A stretch of 63,997 nt of DNA, filler included, from Malassezia furfur (Eukaryota), in NCBI GenBank assembly GCA_052055015.1. It is 14 parts of 14 records of this genome, joined end to end, with 100 filler letters (N's around TTAATTAATTAA, not from the genome) between each part and the next. Parts side by side here need not be neighbours in the genome. Positions count along the whole stretch, not along the records: positions 1 to 4,672 come from JBQJIT010000656.1; positions 4,773 to 9,424 come from JBQJIT010000657.1; positions 9,525 to 14,174 come from JBQJIT010000658.1; 11 more parts are not named here. The stretch is one strand, 5' to 3'. Under the pieces are notes generated by a model. It saw only the letters and a program-made list of their open reading frames with translations. It did not search any database and was not told the DNA's origin. The position numbers and the translations under genes are program-made. How positions within the stretch are numbered: the first letter of the stretch is position 1; each line of letters begins with the position of its first letter. This document shows, one piece after another, positions 1 through 10,290 of this stretch.

Positions 1-315
1 GGCGCCAACGCCAACGCGCCGCGGGGCGGTGCGGCGCCGGCGCAGCCCGAGGTGCTGACCGCTGCGGCGCTGGCGAACGCCACGCCCGAGGAGCAGAAGC
101 AGATGCTCGGCGAGGCGATCTACCCCAAGATTGCCGCGACGCAGCCGCAGCTCGCGGGCAAGCTCACGGGCATGATCCTCGAGCTGCCGGTCGGCGAGCT
201 GCTGCACCTGCTCGAGGACGACGAGGCGCTCTCCAGCAAGGTGGACGAGGCGCTCAATGTGCTCCGCGAGTACGAGAGCCGCAGTGGCGAGGCGGCGGCC
301 GAGGGCAGTGCCTAG
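1..315 (+). CDS. PAB1: Polyadenylate-binding protein, C-terminal MLLE/PABC domain (5' truncated)
   Basis: LANATPEEQKQMLGEAIYPKI...AGKLTGMILE...LLHLLEDDEALSSKVDEALNVL is the MLLE domain signature; TAG stop at 313-315. Confidence 0.93.
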   Translation, partial: GANANAPRGGAAPAQPEVLTAAALANATPEEQKQMLGEAIYPKIAATQPQLAGKLTGMILELPVGELLHLLEDDEALSSKVDEALNVLREYESRSGEAAAEGSA

Positions 316-416
316 GCGCCACGCAGCCTTGTTGTGTATAGTAGCATCGCTGGCTAGATTGCTGTAGCGACCTAGCTACCCGCCCCCCAAAAGGAAGGAC
401 CACTCTATTGCATGTG

Positions 417-3054
417 CTACCGCGTCCAGTTGAGCAGCGCCTCGGCGGCCTCGCGCACCTGCGCGTTGGCGTGCGTGTGCGCGAGCAGGAAGAGCTCGTA
501 GGCCGCCTCGCCGCTCGGCAGCACGCGCGCGCCCTCGGGGATCGTCGCGTACGCGTCGTGCTGCCCGTCGCGCACCGAGTCGCGGTTGTCGATCAGCGTC
601 TCGAAGCGCGAGTCGACCACCGCGGTGCGCGCGAGGATCGTGTGCGCGATGCGCAGCGCACGCAGCGCACTGCCCGTCGGCCAGTGCAGCGTCGCGGTGA
701 GCAGGCGCTTGAGGATCGCCGCGCTGCGGTCCAGCGTCATGTACACGCTCTGCCGCGACACCTGCACAAAGCCCACGTCGAGCGCGTGGAAGAGCATCGC
801 GGCCTCGCTCCAGCGGCGCAGCCCGGGCGTCGGGCCGCGCTGCTTGGGCACCTGCGCGGGCGCCGGCAGCGCCGCCTCCTCCTCGAAGCACGTGCTCACA
901 CTCAGCGGCAGCAGCAGCTGGTACAGCGCCACGTGGAACGCCGCGATGTCGATCTCGAGCGCCTCGCCCTGCCCGCGCAGCAGCTCGAGCGCGGTGACGA
1001 TCATGAGCAGCGCCGCGCGCATGCCGACGTGCCGCGGCGCCGCACGCAGGTCGTCCGTCTCGATCGTGTGCGCCGCCTCGACCTCGGCCATCGCGTCGGC
1101 GAGGCGCGTGCGCAGCACCTGCACGAGGTCGTAGAAAAAGTCCAGACTCACATGGTGCGCATACAGCACGATGCCCTCGAGCGCCGCGGCGAGCAGCTGC
1201 TGCGGCACGTCGGGCGTCTTGAGGATGCGGAAGTAGAGCGCAAACACGAGCTTGAGCGTCTCCGATTGCTGGGTAAGTAGCAGAACGTACATGGCGCGTG
1301 CGCTCCTCGACGTCGACGGCCGCCTCCGCCTCGCGCATCTCCTCCTCGATCGCGCGCAGCTCCTTGTTGCGCTTCGCCTGCTTCTTGCTCACGTGCGTGG
1401 CGAGCCCTTTGCGCACCGCCTTGGGGTCCGCACGCCGGCTCTCGGCGGCGCTCGTGTGCCGCGACTTGGCGCGCGGCTTCGCGACGCTCGCCGTGCCCAT
1501 CGGGCCCGTGCGGTGGCCCTTGCCGAGCTCGTCGCGCAGCCGCAGGTGCGCAAGCAGGTCGAGCACATTGGCGTGCACCGCCAGCTTCCGCTCGCGGATC
1601 ATGCGGTACAGCAGCATCACCGCCTCGAGCGCCACCTCGCCGTCGTGGTCGTTCGCCAGCAGCGTCACGAGCGCGCGGTAGCACTCCTCGGACGACGCCG
1701 TCCACGCCTTGCGCGACAGCTGCGCCACCACCACCGCCAGCAGGTTCTTGCGGTAGTTGAAGTGCGTCGCGCGCGTCAGCAGCGTACAGAACGCACGCAG
1801 CGCCACGGGCGCCAGCGGCGTCGCGCTGCGCACCTCGGCCTCGCACAGCTCGAGGTACGCGCGGTACACCTGCACAAGGCCCTGCTCCCACTCGCGCCGC
1901 CGCGCCACCTCCTGGCTCACCTTCTCCTTCTCCTCCTGCTCGGACAGCGGGCGGATGCGGTAGCCGGGCACAATGTCTACAAACACGGCCAGCAGCGAGA
2001 GCAGCGCAAGCTGCCGGATGTACACATGCACCACCACGCGCGGCTTGCCCTGCACGCCCGGCGGCGCATCCGCACGCCGCTCCGCAAACACGAGCAGGCG
2101 CCGCAGCCAGTGCAGGCCCATCTCGGGGTCGCCCACGATCTGCGACGCAAGGTGCGCAATCTGCTCGCGTGCCATCGCAAGCGCCGCGGCGACCGTCGCC
2201 GCGTCCTTGGACTGCGCCTCGGCAATTACCTCGTACGGCGCACGCAGCCCAAACCGCGTCGAGTGCACCGCGGACGACGGCGGGCCGCTCGCGGGCGCAC
2301 GCTGCGCCGCCTCGTCGTCATCGCTCTCGTCGTCGCTCTCGCGGAACACGACGCGGCTCGCCTCGGGCTCCGCGTCGGAGTCGGACGCGTCGAGCTCGGC
2401 AATCGCGCCGTCTTCGGTGCGCACGGGCAGCCGGCGGTGCGCCAGCGCCTCGCGCGCGCGCTCGCGTGCGCGCTCCTCGCGCTTGGAGCGCTTTGCAGCC
2501 TGCTGGAGGTATGCGTCTTCGAGATCGCTCGCGCGGCCCTCGTCGAGGTCTTCGCTGTCGTCCAGCGCGGAGTCGTCCAGCGCGGCGTCGTCCAGCTCGC
2601 TGTCGTCCAGCTCGGCGTCGTCCAGCTCGCTGTCGCCTTCGCTGTCACTCGCGCCCTCCATGTCCGTCGACTCGTCGCCGGACACGCTCGCCTCGCGCTC
2701 GCGGCGGAGCGCATCGAGCGCCTCGCGCTGCTTTCGCTTCTCGGCCTGGAGCCGCGCGCGCTCCTTTCCCTGTGCGCCGGCCTCGCTGACGTCCGGCAGG
2801 CGCGCGCGCGACAGGAACTGCATCGCGTGCACGTCGTCGTCGTCGTCGCTGCCGACCATGGCCTGCGCGTCGTGCGCCAACGCCGCGAGCTCCGCTGGGT
2901 CGTCGTCGTCGTCGGGGTTGGGGCGCACGCGCTTCGCCTGCGGCAGCGCCTTTTTGGGCGCCGCACGTTTCGCAGGCTTGGCGGCGTGTGCTGCGCCGCG
3001 TGCGCCCGCGCCGCGGCCACGCGCGGCGCCGCGACCTGCCCCGCTGCGCGCCAT
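417..3054 (-). CDS. NOC3: Nucleolar complex-associated protein 3, 2 exons (22-nt intron 1269-1290)
   Basis: Acidic/basic N-terminus; SLLAVFVDIVPGYRIRPLSEQE, THFNYRKNLL and QSETLKLVFALYFRILK motifs; the GTACGT..CTTAC.CCAG intron joins the two ORF frames. Confidence 0.88.
2557..2640 (-). repeat. Coding 15-bp tandem repeat (ELDDA/ELDDS/ALDDS) within NOC3
   Basis: Repeated gtcgtccagc core with 15-bp period. Confidence 0.8.
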
Positions 3055-3097
3055 CGTCCTGGAATCCAAGGGGGGCGCACAAAAAAACGGCGCGTCC

Positions 3098-3103
3098 CAC
3101 GTG
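3098..3103. promoter_or_regulatory. CACGTG E-box in the NOC3/KEX1 divergent promoter
   Basis: Palindrome centred in a 100-bp ATG-to-ATG spacer; the same motif recurs in nearly all divergent spacers. Confidence 0.6.
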
Positions 3104-3154
3104 ATACCTCCACACCTCCGCACGAACGCCCCGGCGCCTGGGACGCACAGCAGC

Positions 3155-4672
3155 ATGGCGAAGCTCGCGGCGCGCTCCTTCTTTGTGGGCCATGTGCCCG
3201 ACGTGCCGCCGGTCGAGCCGGGGCGCGAGTTTGTGGTCGAGGCAGGCTACCTGCCCGCGCGCCCGCCCGCGAACGGCGAGGCGGCGAAGGACAATGCCCA
3301 CCTCTACTTCCTGCTGCACCGCGCGATGTACAAGCCGAAGCGGCGCAAGCTCGTCGTGTGGCTCAACGGCGGGCCCGGGTGCTCGAGCTTCGACGGGTCG
3401 ATGATGGAGATCGGCGCGTGGCGCTTCGACGGCGCGAACCTGTCGTGGACGCCGCCGGGCGGGAGCTGGAACGAGTACGCCGACGTGCTCTACGGTACGT
3501 ATGCGCAGGTGCGCTGACGCGCAGTCGACCAGCCGGTGGGCACGGGCTTTTCGTACGTGCAGAACGACGCGTACGCGACGTCGCTCGCGCAGGTCGGCGC
3601 CGAGTTCCTCTACTTCCTGCGCGAGTTTGTCGCGGCGTACCCCGAGTACGACCGGCAGCGGCACCTGGACGCGGGCCCCGGCGGCGCGGTCGACGTGTAC
3701 ATCGCGGGCGAGAGCTACGCGGGCCAGTTCATCCCGTACATCGCGGACGCGCTCGTCAAGGCGGGCCAGAACAACCCCGTGCACCTCGCGGGCATTGCGA
3801 TCGGCAACGGCGACCTCGACCCCAAGCACCAGGGCGGCAGCGAGGTCGACATGATGCTCGCCGCGGGCCTCTGGAAGCCCGACGGCCCCGAGATGCGCGC
3901 CATTGCGCCGACCGTGCAGCAGTGCCGCGACGCGGTGGCGCGCGATGCGACGCCGAAGGCCGCGTACGCCGCGTGCGACGCCGTGCTGTCGCAGCTGCTG
4001 TCGCTCACGACGCGCACCGAGAACGGCACCGAGGTGTGCCTGAACACGTACGACCTGCGCCTCGTCGACACGTCGCCCGCGTGCGGCATGAACTGGCCGC
4101 CGGAGCTCGCGGCGACCTACGCCTTCCTGCGCAAGCCCGCGGTGCGCAAGGCGCTGCACGTCGACGACACCCAGAAGCCGCAGGCGTGGGTCGAGTGCAA
4201 CACGGCCGTCGGCCACGCGCTGCAGGAGCACGCGGCGCAGATGGACGCGAGCGTCGCGCTGCTGCCCGGCCTGCTCGAGGCGCACGTGCCGGTGCTGCTG
4301 TTTGCGGGCGACCAGGACGTGATCTGCAACGCGATCGGCCTGCAGCGCACCGTCGACGCGCTCGCGTGGGGCGGGCAGCGCGGCCTCGCGAGCGCGCCGC
4401 GCGACTGGCGCATCAACGGCGAGCTCGTCGGCACGTGGCAGTCGGACCGCAACCTGACCTGGGTCAAGGTGCACCAGGCGTCGCACATGCCCGCGTACGA
4501 CGCGCCGCTCGCGGTGCACGACATGATGCTGCGCTTCATGCAGGTCGACATGAACCTCGGCGCGGGCGTCGCCGCGTGGAACACGAGCACGGTCGGCCTC
4601 GACGCGCGCATCCTCGTGCCGGACCGCGGCAAGACGCGCGTGCCGATGCGCCCGCCGCCGCCCCGCCCGCCC
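3155..4672 (+). CDS. KEX1: Kex1-like serine carboxypeptidase (peptidase S10), 3' truncated; 30-nt intron 3495-3524
   Basis: WLNGGPGCSSFDG, Y|VDQPVGTGFSY restored by splicing, GESYAG (Ser), GDQDVIC (Asp), ASHMPAYD (His), CGMNWPP. Confidence 0.85.
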
Positions 4673-4772
4673 NNNNNNNNNNNNNNNNNNNNNNNNNNNN
4701 NNNNNNNNNNNNNNNNTTAATTAATTAANNNNNNNNNNNNNNNNNNNNNNNNNNNNNNNNNNNNNNNNNNNN
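4673..4772. other. Artificial contig-joining spacer (N44-TTAATTAATTAA-N44); first of 13
   Basis: Identical six-frame-stop linker also at 9425, 14175, 18920, 23647, 28371, 33082, 37777, 42460, 47126, 51742, 56353 and 60960; contig lengths decrease monotonically (4652, 4650, 4645, 4627 ... 4507). Confidence 0.98.
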
Positions 4773-6340
4773 CGGCCGGCGCGGGGGCCGCGGGGGCCGC
4801 CGAGGGCGGCGCTCCGGACGCTTCTGGCCAGCAGACCGCCCCGGACAATGCCCGTGCGCCGTCCGAGGACGCCAAGGACGCCAGAGACGCCCAGGGCAAC
4901 GAGGGCAACCAAGGCGGCCAGCGCGACAACGGACACTTCAGCGACCTCAACTACCCTTGCGATGAGCCGGGCTTCACGCCGTACGACCATCTGCGCAAGA
5001 AGCTGCCCATCAGCAAAGACGAGCGGCCCTCCATGTCGCTGTGGGGCATTCTGAAGAAGAACATCGGCAAGGACCTGACCAAGATCTCGTTCCCTGTCGC
5101 CTTCAACGAGCCGACGTCGATGCTCCAGCGCATGGCCGAGGACATGGAGTTCAGCGAGTGCCTTGATGCTGCGGCGCTGCAGCCTGACTCGACGCGCCGC
5201 ATTGCGTACGTCGCCGCCTTTGCCGCCTCGAACTACAGCTCGACGATCGGGCGTATCGCGAAGCCGTTCAACCCGATGCTTGGCGAGACGTTCGAGTACG
5301 CGCGCCCGGACCTCAACTACCGCTACATCAGTGAGCAGGTGAGCCACCACCCGCCGATTTCGGCGTGCTTTGCCGAGTCGCCGACGTGGGAGTACATGGG
5401 GTGTGTCGACGCCAAGTCCAAGTTTATGGGCCGCAAGTTTGAGATTCGGCCCACTGGTGTGGCCCATGCGCGCATCAAGGTGCCCGAAGACTGGGTGCCC
5501 GCTGCGAAGCGCAACTCGCTGCCGCGCGCCCCCAACACCGACGACCTGGTGATGGAGCACTACTCGTGGAACAAGGTGACGAGCTGCGTGAGCGGTTTCC
5601 TTGTCGGCTCGCCGACGATCGACCATTACGGCGACATGGTCGTCACCAACCACGTCACGGGCGACAAGTGTGTGCTCTCATTCGTGCCCGCTGGCTGGCG
5701 CGGAGCAGACGCGCGTGAAATCCGCGGCAAGGTCACCGATGCCCAAGGGAACCTGGTGTGGGAGATTGCCGGGCGGTGGAGCAGCCAACTCGTGGCGCGC
5801 CGTGTCGGGCAGGGTCCCAGCGAGCTGAACCCCGACAGCCAGGTGGACAGCAACACGGACCCGGTGTCGAGCAGCAAGTCGGACGACTCGCTGCTGCTCC
5901 TGTGGCGCAACAGCAAGAAGTTCCCGTCGCCGTTCAACCTGACGCCATACGCGATCACGCTCAACTCGTGCCCCGACGACCTGCGTCCGTGGCTGCCGCC
6001 GACCGACTGCCGCCTGCGTCCCGACTTGCATGCGTTCGAGAACGGCAAGTTTGATGAGGCCGATGAGCTCAAGGCCTACCTCGAGAACTTCCAGCGCGAG
6101 ACGCGCCGCAAGCGGGAGGCCGGCGAGCTTGAGCCGCACAAGCCGCGCTGGTTCGAGTCGACGATCGAGCCGGAGAGCAACGCCCAGTTCTGGAAGCCGC
6201 TGCAGTCGACAAGCGCGCAGAACCGCCCTGAAATGAGCTACTGGGTGGAGCGCCTCAAGGTCGGTACCGCACATTCGAATGGAGACACGTCTGCCAAGTG
6301 GACGGGCTCCGAACCCATCTTTGGCAAATACTCCTACTAG
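4773..6340 (+). CDS. Oxysterol-binding protein (Osh1/Osh2-like), C-terminal ORD domain, 5' truncated
   Basis: SLWGILKKNIGKDLTKISFPVAFNEPTSMLQR, KPFNPMLGETFE, EQVSHHPP signature, LPPTDCRLRPD. Confidence 0.92.
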
Positions 6341-6490
6341 CCCATCCCCACCGTCCGTAGGCCCCTACAGCATTTTGGTTTGGTCCGCGCCGCCGGCCCC
6401 GATGCCCCCGATCGCGGGAGAGGCTGAGTCAGCACAAGCAAGCGCTCACAGCGCGCGGATTGCAAATCCCCGTCGTTTCTCCTACTCGCG

Positions 6491-7281
6491 ATGTCTGCTT
6501 TCCGTGCTACGCGTACGCTGCTCAAGCGTGTGCCTGAGTCGCCCGAGAAGTACCACTATACCGAGGGACAGACTCCGTTCTGGCGCAAGGTCCGCCACCT
6601 GCTCTCGCTGAACCCGTATGTCACGTCACTCATCGCAGGGAAATCTCGTCCGGTCTGCCCGACCCGGTGCTGGTGCGTTGCATTGCAGCGCACGTTGTCT
6701 AACGCAGAACCGGTATCCCCAACCCGCTTCGCGCCCGGAAAAGCCAGCGACGGTGCCGTCGAAGGGTACGTACATCCACGGCTCCCTTGGACCTTGCTAA
6801 CACGGCGCGCTTCGCTGCGCACGTACTACGATAGCTTCGGGTATGTCTTTCTTCACTTACCCAGACATCGCTGCGAACCTGTACCACAACCGTGACTTCC
6901 GTCGCAAGTACCCCCAGACGGACGTCATTACGCAGCACTACCTCACTGAGCTGCTCCTGGCGAGCCCCAACGAAGACGGCACGAAGAGGTATGTTGCGCA
7001 CGGCGCTCACGCAGCATCCCTGCCGGTGACGAGTCGGGATCCACCGCACTCACGCGCCCGAGCGACCTCAACTCGCCGACGGCCTTCACCGAAGTGCTGA
7101 ACCAGGTGCAGCTTGAGCCGCAGAACAAGTACACGTCCACCAACATGCCGCCGTCGTTCCCGTCGACGAAGCCGCAGCACATCCTCAAGGTGCAGAAGGG
7201 TGCGATCCCCAAGGGCAAGGACCACTACCTGCCTATGTACGTCCCCCGCGCGACTCACCCTTCAGCGACAACTTTGCGTAG
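6491..7281 (+). CDS. Mitochondrial complex I accessory subunit (fungal 21.3a/NUZM type), 7 exons including a 6-nt microexon
   Basis: Introns 6616-6638, 6673-6707, 6766-6834, 6841-6864, 6989-7014 and 7237-7265 give a continuous protein: FWRKVRHLLSLNPEISSGLP...PSKASDIAANLYHNRDFRRKYP. Confidence 0.75.
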
Positions 7282-7337
7282 CGATAGTCAACATAGGTGG
7301 AGGTGTGTATTCCGACTCCGACCCGCATCGATCGGCC

Positions 7338-7966
7338 ATGTTCACGTAGGTGGAACGACTGAACGCGTAGCTTGCTGCAGCGGCTAAATGTCGTGACTGC
7401 CTTTATGACCAGCGTCGTCTCGGTGCTGCTTCTGGCAGTCGCCCTGACGAATGTGTCGTTCCGCGCGCCGGCGTGCCAGATCGACGTGAAGCACCTCGAC
7501 CTGTATGTCGCAGCACTCACCCAGCGTATACGGGCGCGCCGCGTCGCACAGCGACCGCCGTACGCAGGACTTCCTCGAGACGTCGCTCGAGCTGGACATG
7601 GACGTCTCGTCGTTGTTCACGTGGGACACCAAGCAGGTGTTTCTGAGCATCGTCGGGTCTTATACCTCGCCGAACCGCGTACGTCGCTTTCTGACGCAGC
7701 CCCAAAACGAGGTCGTGTTCTGGGACAGGATCGTGCGGAGCAAGCGGCAGTCCAAGGTGCATGTGCCCAACCTGCGCAACAAGTATGGGCTGCGCGAGGT
7801 GTCGCGCACCTTTCAAAACATCACGTCGATCGAATTCAGCGTACACTGGAACGTGATGCCGTACGTCGGCATGATGCGGCACGGGCGCACGGATTTCACG
7901 CCGCCCGTCGCGCTGCCCGCGCCCGCCGAGGTGTCGGCAAACAAGGTTCGGCTATTGCATTACTAG
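7338..7966 (+). CDS. SPC3: Signal peptidase complex subunit 3 (SPC22/23), 4 exons
   Basis: MFTLLQRLNV plus TM segment; DVSSLFTWDTKQVFL, NEVVFWDRIV, NKYGL, WNVMPYVG; introns 7346-7370, 7503-7524, 7679-7699. Confidence 0.9.
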
Positions 7967-8012
7967 GATATCACGAGTAGACGAAGTGTACGATGCACAG
8001 AGCACAGCGCGC

Positions 8013-9424
8013 TCAGCTCAGCACCGAGAAAAAGGAGCGCTTCTTCTTGGCCTTGGATGCATCCGCCGCGGACGCCTCGGCGCTCGCCCCCGCCATCTTG
8101 GAGGCGGGCAGCACGCGTGCCTGCGACGGCGGCGGCGCATCTGAGTCGGAAGAGTCGCTCGACGACTCCGACTCGGACTCGCTCGACGAGCTGCTGGCAT
8201 CCTCGGCGGGGGCCACTGCGCCTCCCGCCGACGTCCCTGCGTCGTCCTCGGCGGCATCGGTCGTCTCTTTCTGCGAGAAGGAGCGACGTAGTGCCGAGGG
8301 GCGCAGGTCCGACAGCTTCATAAACGCGCCCGACATGGACCGCCGCGCGTTTGACGGCTCCGACACCTCGGCGCGCCGTGCGCGCTGCGGCGTGCTCTCC
8401 ATCGGCCGCTCGGGCCGCGGCGCAGGGCCCTGCACCTGCGCACTCGACACGTTCGCGTGCGACTCGGGCTGCGAGAAGTAGTCGCGGCTCTCGCTGCCCG
8501 TGCTGCTCGCCGACTCGTCAGCGTCGGCGGGCGCGTCTGTCGGCGTGGCTACCGAGGCAGGGTCTAGATCACTTTCGTGGGAAGTCAAACGAGCGTCAGT
8601 GCCTGCCCTGGGCGCATTCCCAGGCAACTCACGAGAAGAAACGTCGGCCTCGCTCGGCGTGACGCTCATGCCCTTGACCATGCTGACGAGCATCTTTTGC
8701 TCCTCGCGCTCCACGGCATTCTTGCGCTGTTTCTTTGCCTTGAGCTCCGCAAGCCGCGCCTGCATCGCATCGATCCCAGTCTCCACCAGGGCCTGCACAG
8801 CCGCCGATGCCGCCGCGCTGTGTTCCTCGTTCCGGATATCGTGCACAATCACCGTCTCGTCTTGCGCCTGCGACGCATCCGCATCGCCTGCGACACTGGC
8901 GTCGGCAGCGCCGTGCTTCGCAGCCTGCTTCTCCGCACGCTCCTGCTCCTTGGCTGCCTTCTTGGCCGCCTTTTCCGCACGGAAGGCCTCCATCTCCGCC
9001 TTGGTCCGCCGCGTGCGTTTCGGCTTCTCCGGACTATCGGCCTGCGACGAGGCGGGGGGCTGCGACGACAGCGGCACGTCGTCATCAGACGATGCATCAT
9101 CGTCCTCGGCAGGCGCGGCCGCCTCCTGCGCGTCCGGCGCGGGGGCAGACGCTTCGGCGGCCGGTGCCGGCGCCGTAGCAGGCTCGGCAGCCGGCGCCGG
9201 TTCTGCATCGGCGGCTTGCACATCCGCCTTGCGCTTGCGTCCACGCTTGGCAGGCGTCGCCGGCGCCTCGTCCGTAGTGCGCTCCGCATCAAAGAACTGC
9301 GACACTTCGGTCGCCGACGCCGAGTCATCCGGCGTGTCGTCCAGACGCGGCGCACCACGCCCACGGCGCCCGCGGGCCTTGGCCTGCGTCGGCGCCGCAG
9401 GGACAGGCGCGGGCACGGGTGCGG
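8013..9424 (-). CDS. Low-complexity Ala/Glu/Ser/Lys-rich, probably nuclear/nucleolar protein (C-terminal part)
   Basis: Open frame with KRGRKRK and KPKRTRRTK NLS-like patches, an acidic-serine tract and a KKKRSFFSVLS terminus; no family assignable with confidence. Confidence 0.65.
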
Positions 9425-10290
9425 NNNNNNNNNNNNNNNNNNNNNNNNNNNNNNNNNNNNNNNNNNNNTTAATTAATTAANNNNNNNNNNNNNNNNNNNN
9501 NNNNNNNNNNNNNNNNNNNNNNNNTGGGCGGCACGATGTGGTTCTGGCTTTTCTACCGCATGAAGGAGGACGGGCCCGTGCTGCTGGTGCGTACCTTCCC
9601 ATGATAGAGGACACGACTGACACGGCACGCTCGCTACGGACACGCACGGGACGATGGGACATGCACACGGATGCTGGACAATGTTGCTTACATGGATGCA
9701 CGGATGGATGGTTGTTTTCGTTTTTCTTCTTCTTCTCTCGACCTGTTGTGCTTGTGCTTTTTGTTGCCGCAATGTAGGGCTGGCGCCACCCCTGGGACCA
9801 CCACGGTGACCACGGTCACGACGAGCACCATTAATCGACAACCCACGACCTTTTGCACAGCGTCTGTAGTGCAGAAAAGGATACCTCGATTTGTTGTGCC
9901 ATGCGCCCACTCGGTGCACGGGTGTATGCGTCCAAAGGACGTGCTTTGTTGGCCGTAGGCTTTCGTGGGAGCGTGCTGCGTCGTGGCATGCGCGCCGTGC
10001 GCCGTGCCGCATGCGCTGCCGCATGCTCGTCGGTGCGTGCGGTGTCGTGCCCTGCTCGGCGGCGTTTCTGTGTCACGGCATATTTCCTCGTGGCTTCATT
10101 GTGTGGCCCCTGCGGGGTATGCAGGACGCGACGAGACAATGATTGCGACAGGGTTCGCGAGCCAATCGAGCGGAGACCGACCGCATCCGTACGTGGTGCG
10201 GCCCACGCCGCGGTGATGTGATCCAAGTATAAAGTCGGCGCGCCGCGCGCCGGTCGCGACGACTGCGCAGCTGCGTTCGGCTACGGAAGC

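Noticed and set aside
1252..4728. Very long overlapping or antisense ORFs (e.g. 1252-4728, 15396-18803, 15935-18967, 23699-26470, 53540-56269)
   Set aside because: Shadow ORFs caused by high GC3 bias; Arg/Ala-rich translations with no motifs, overlapping well-supported genes.
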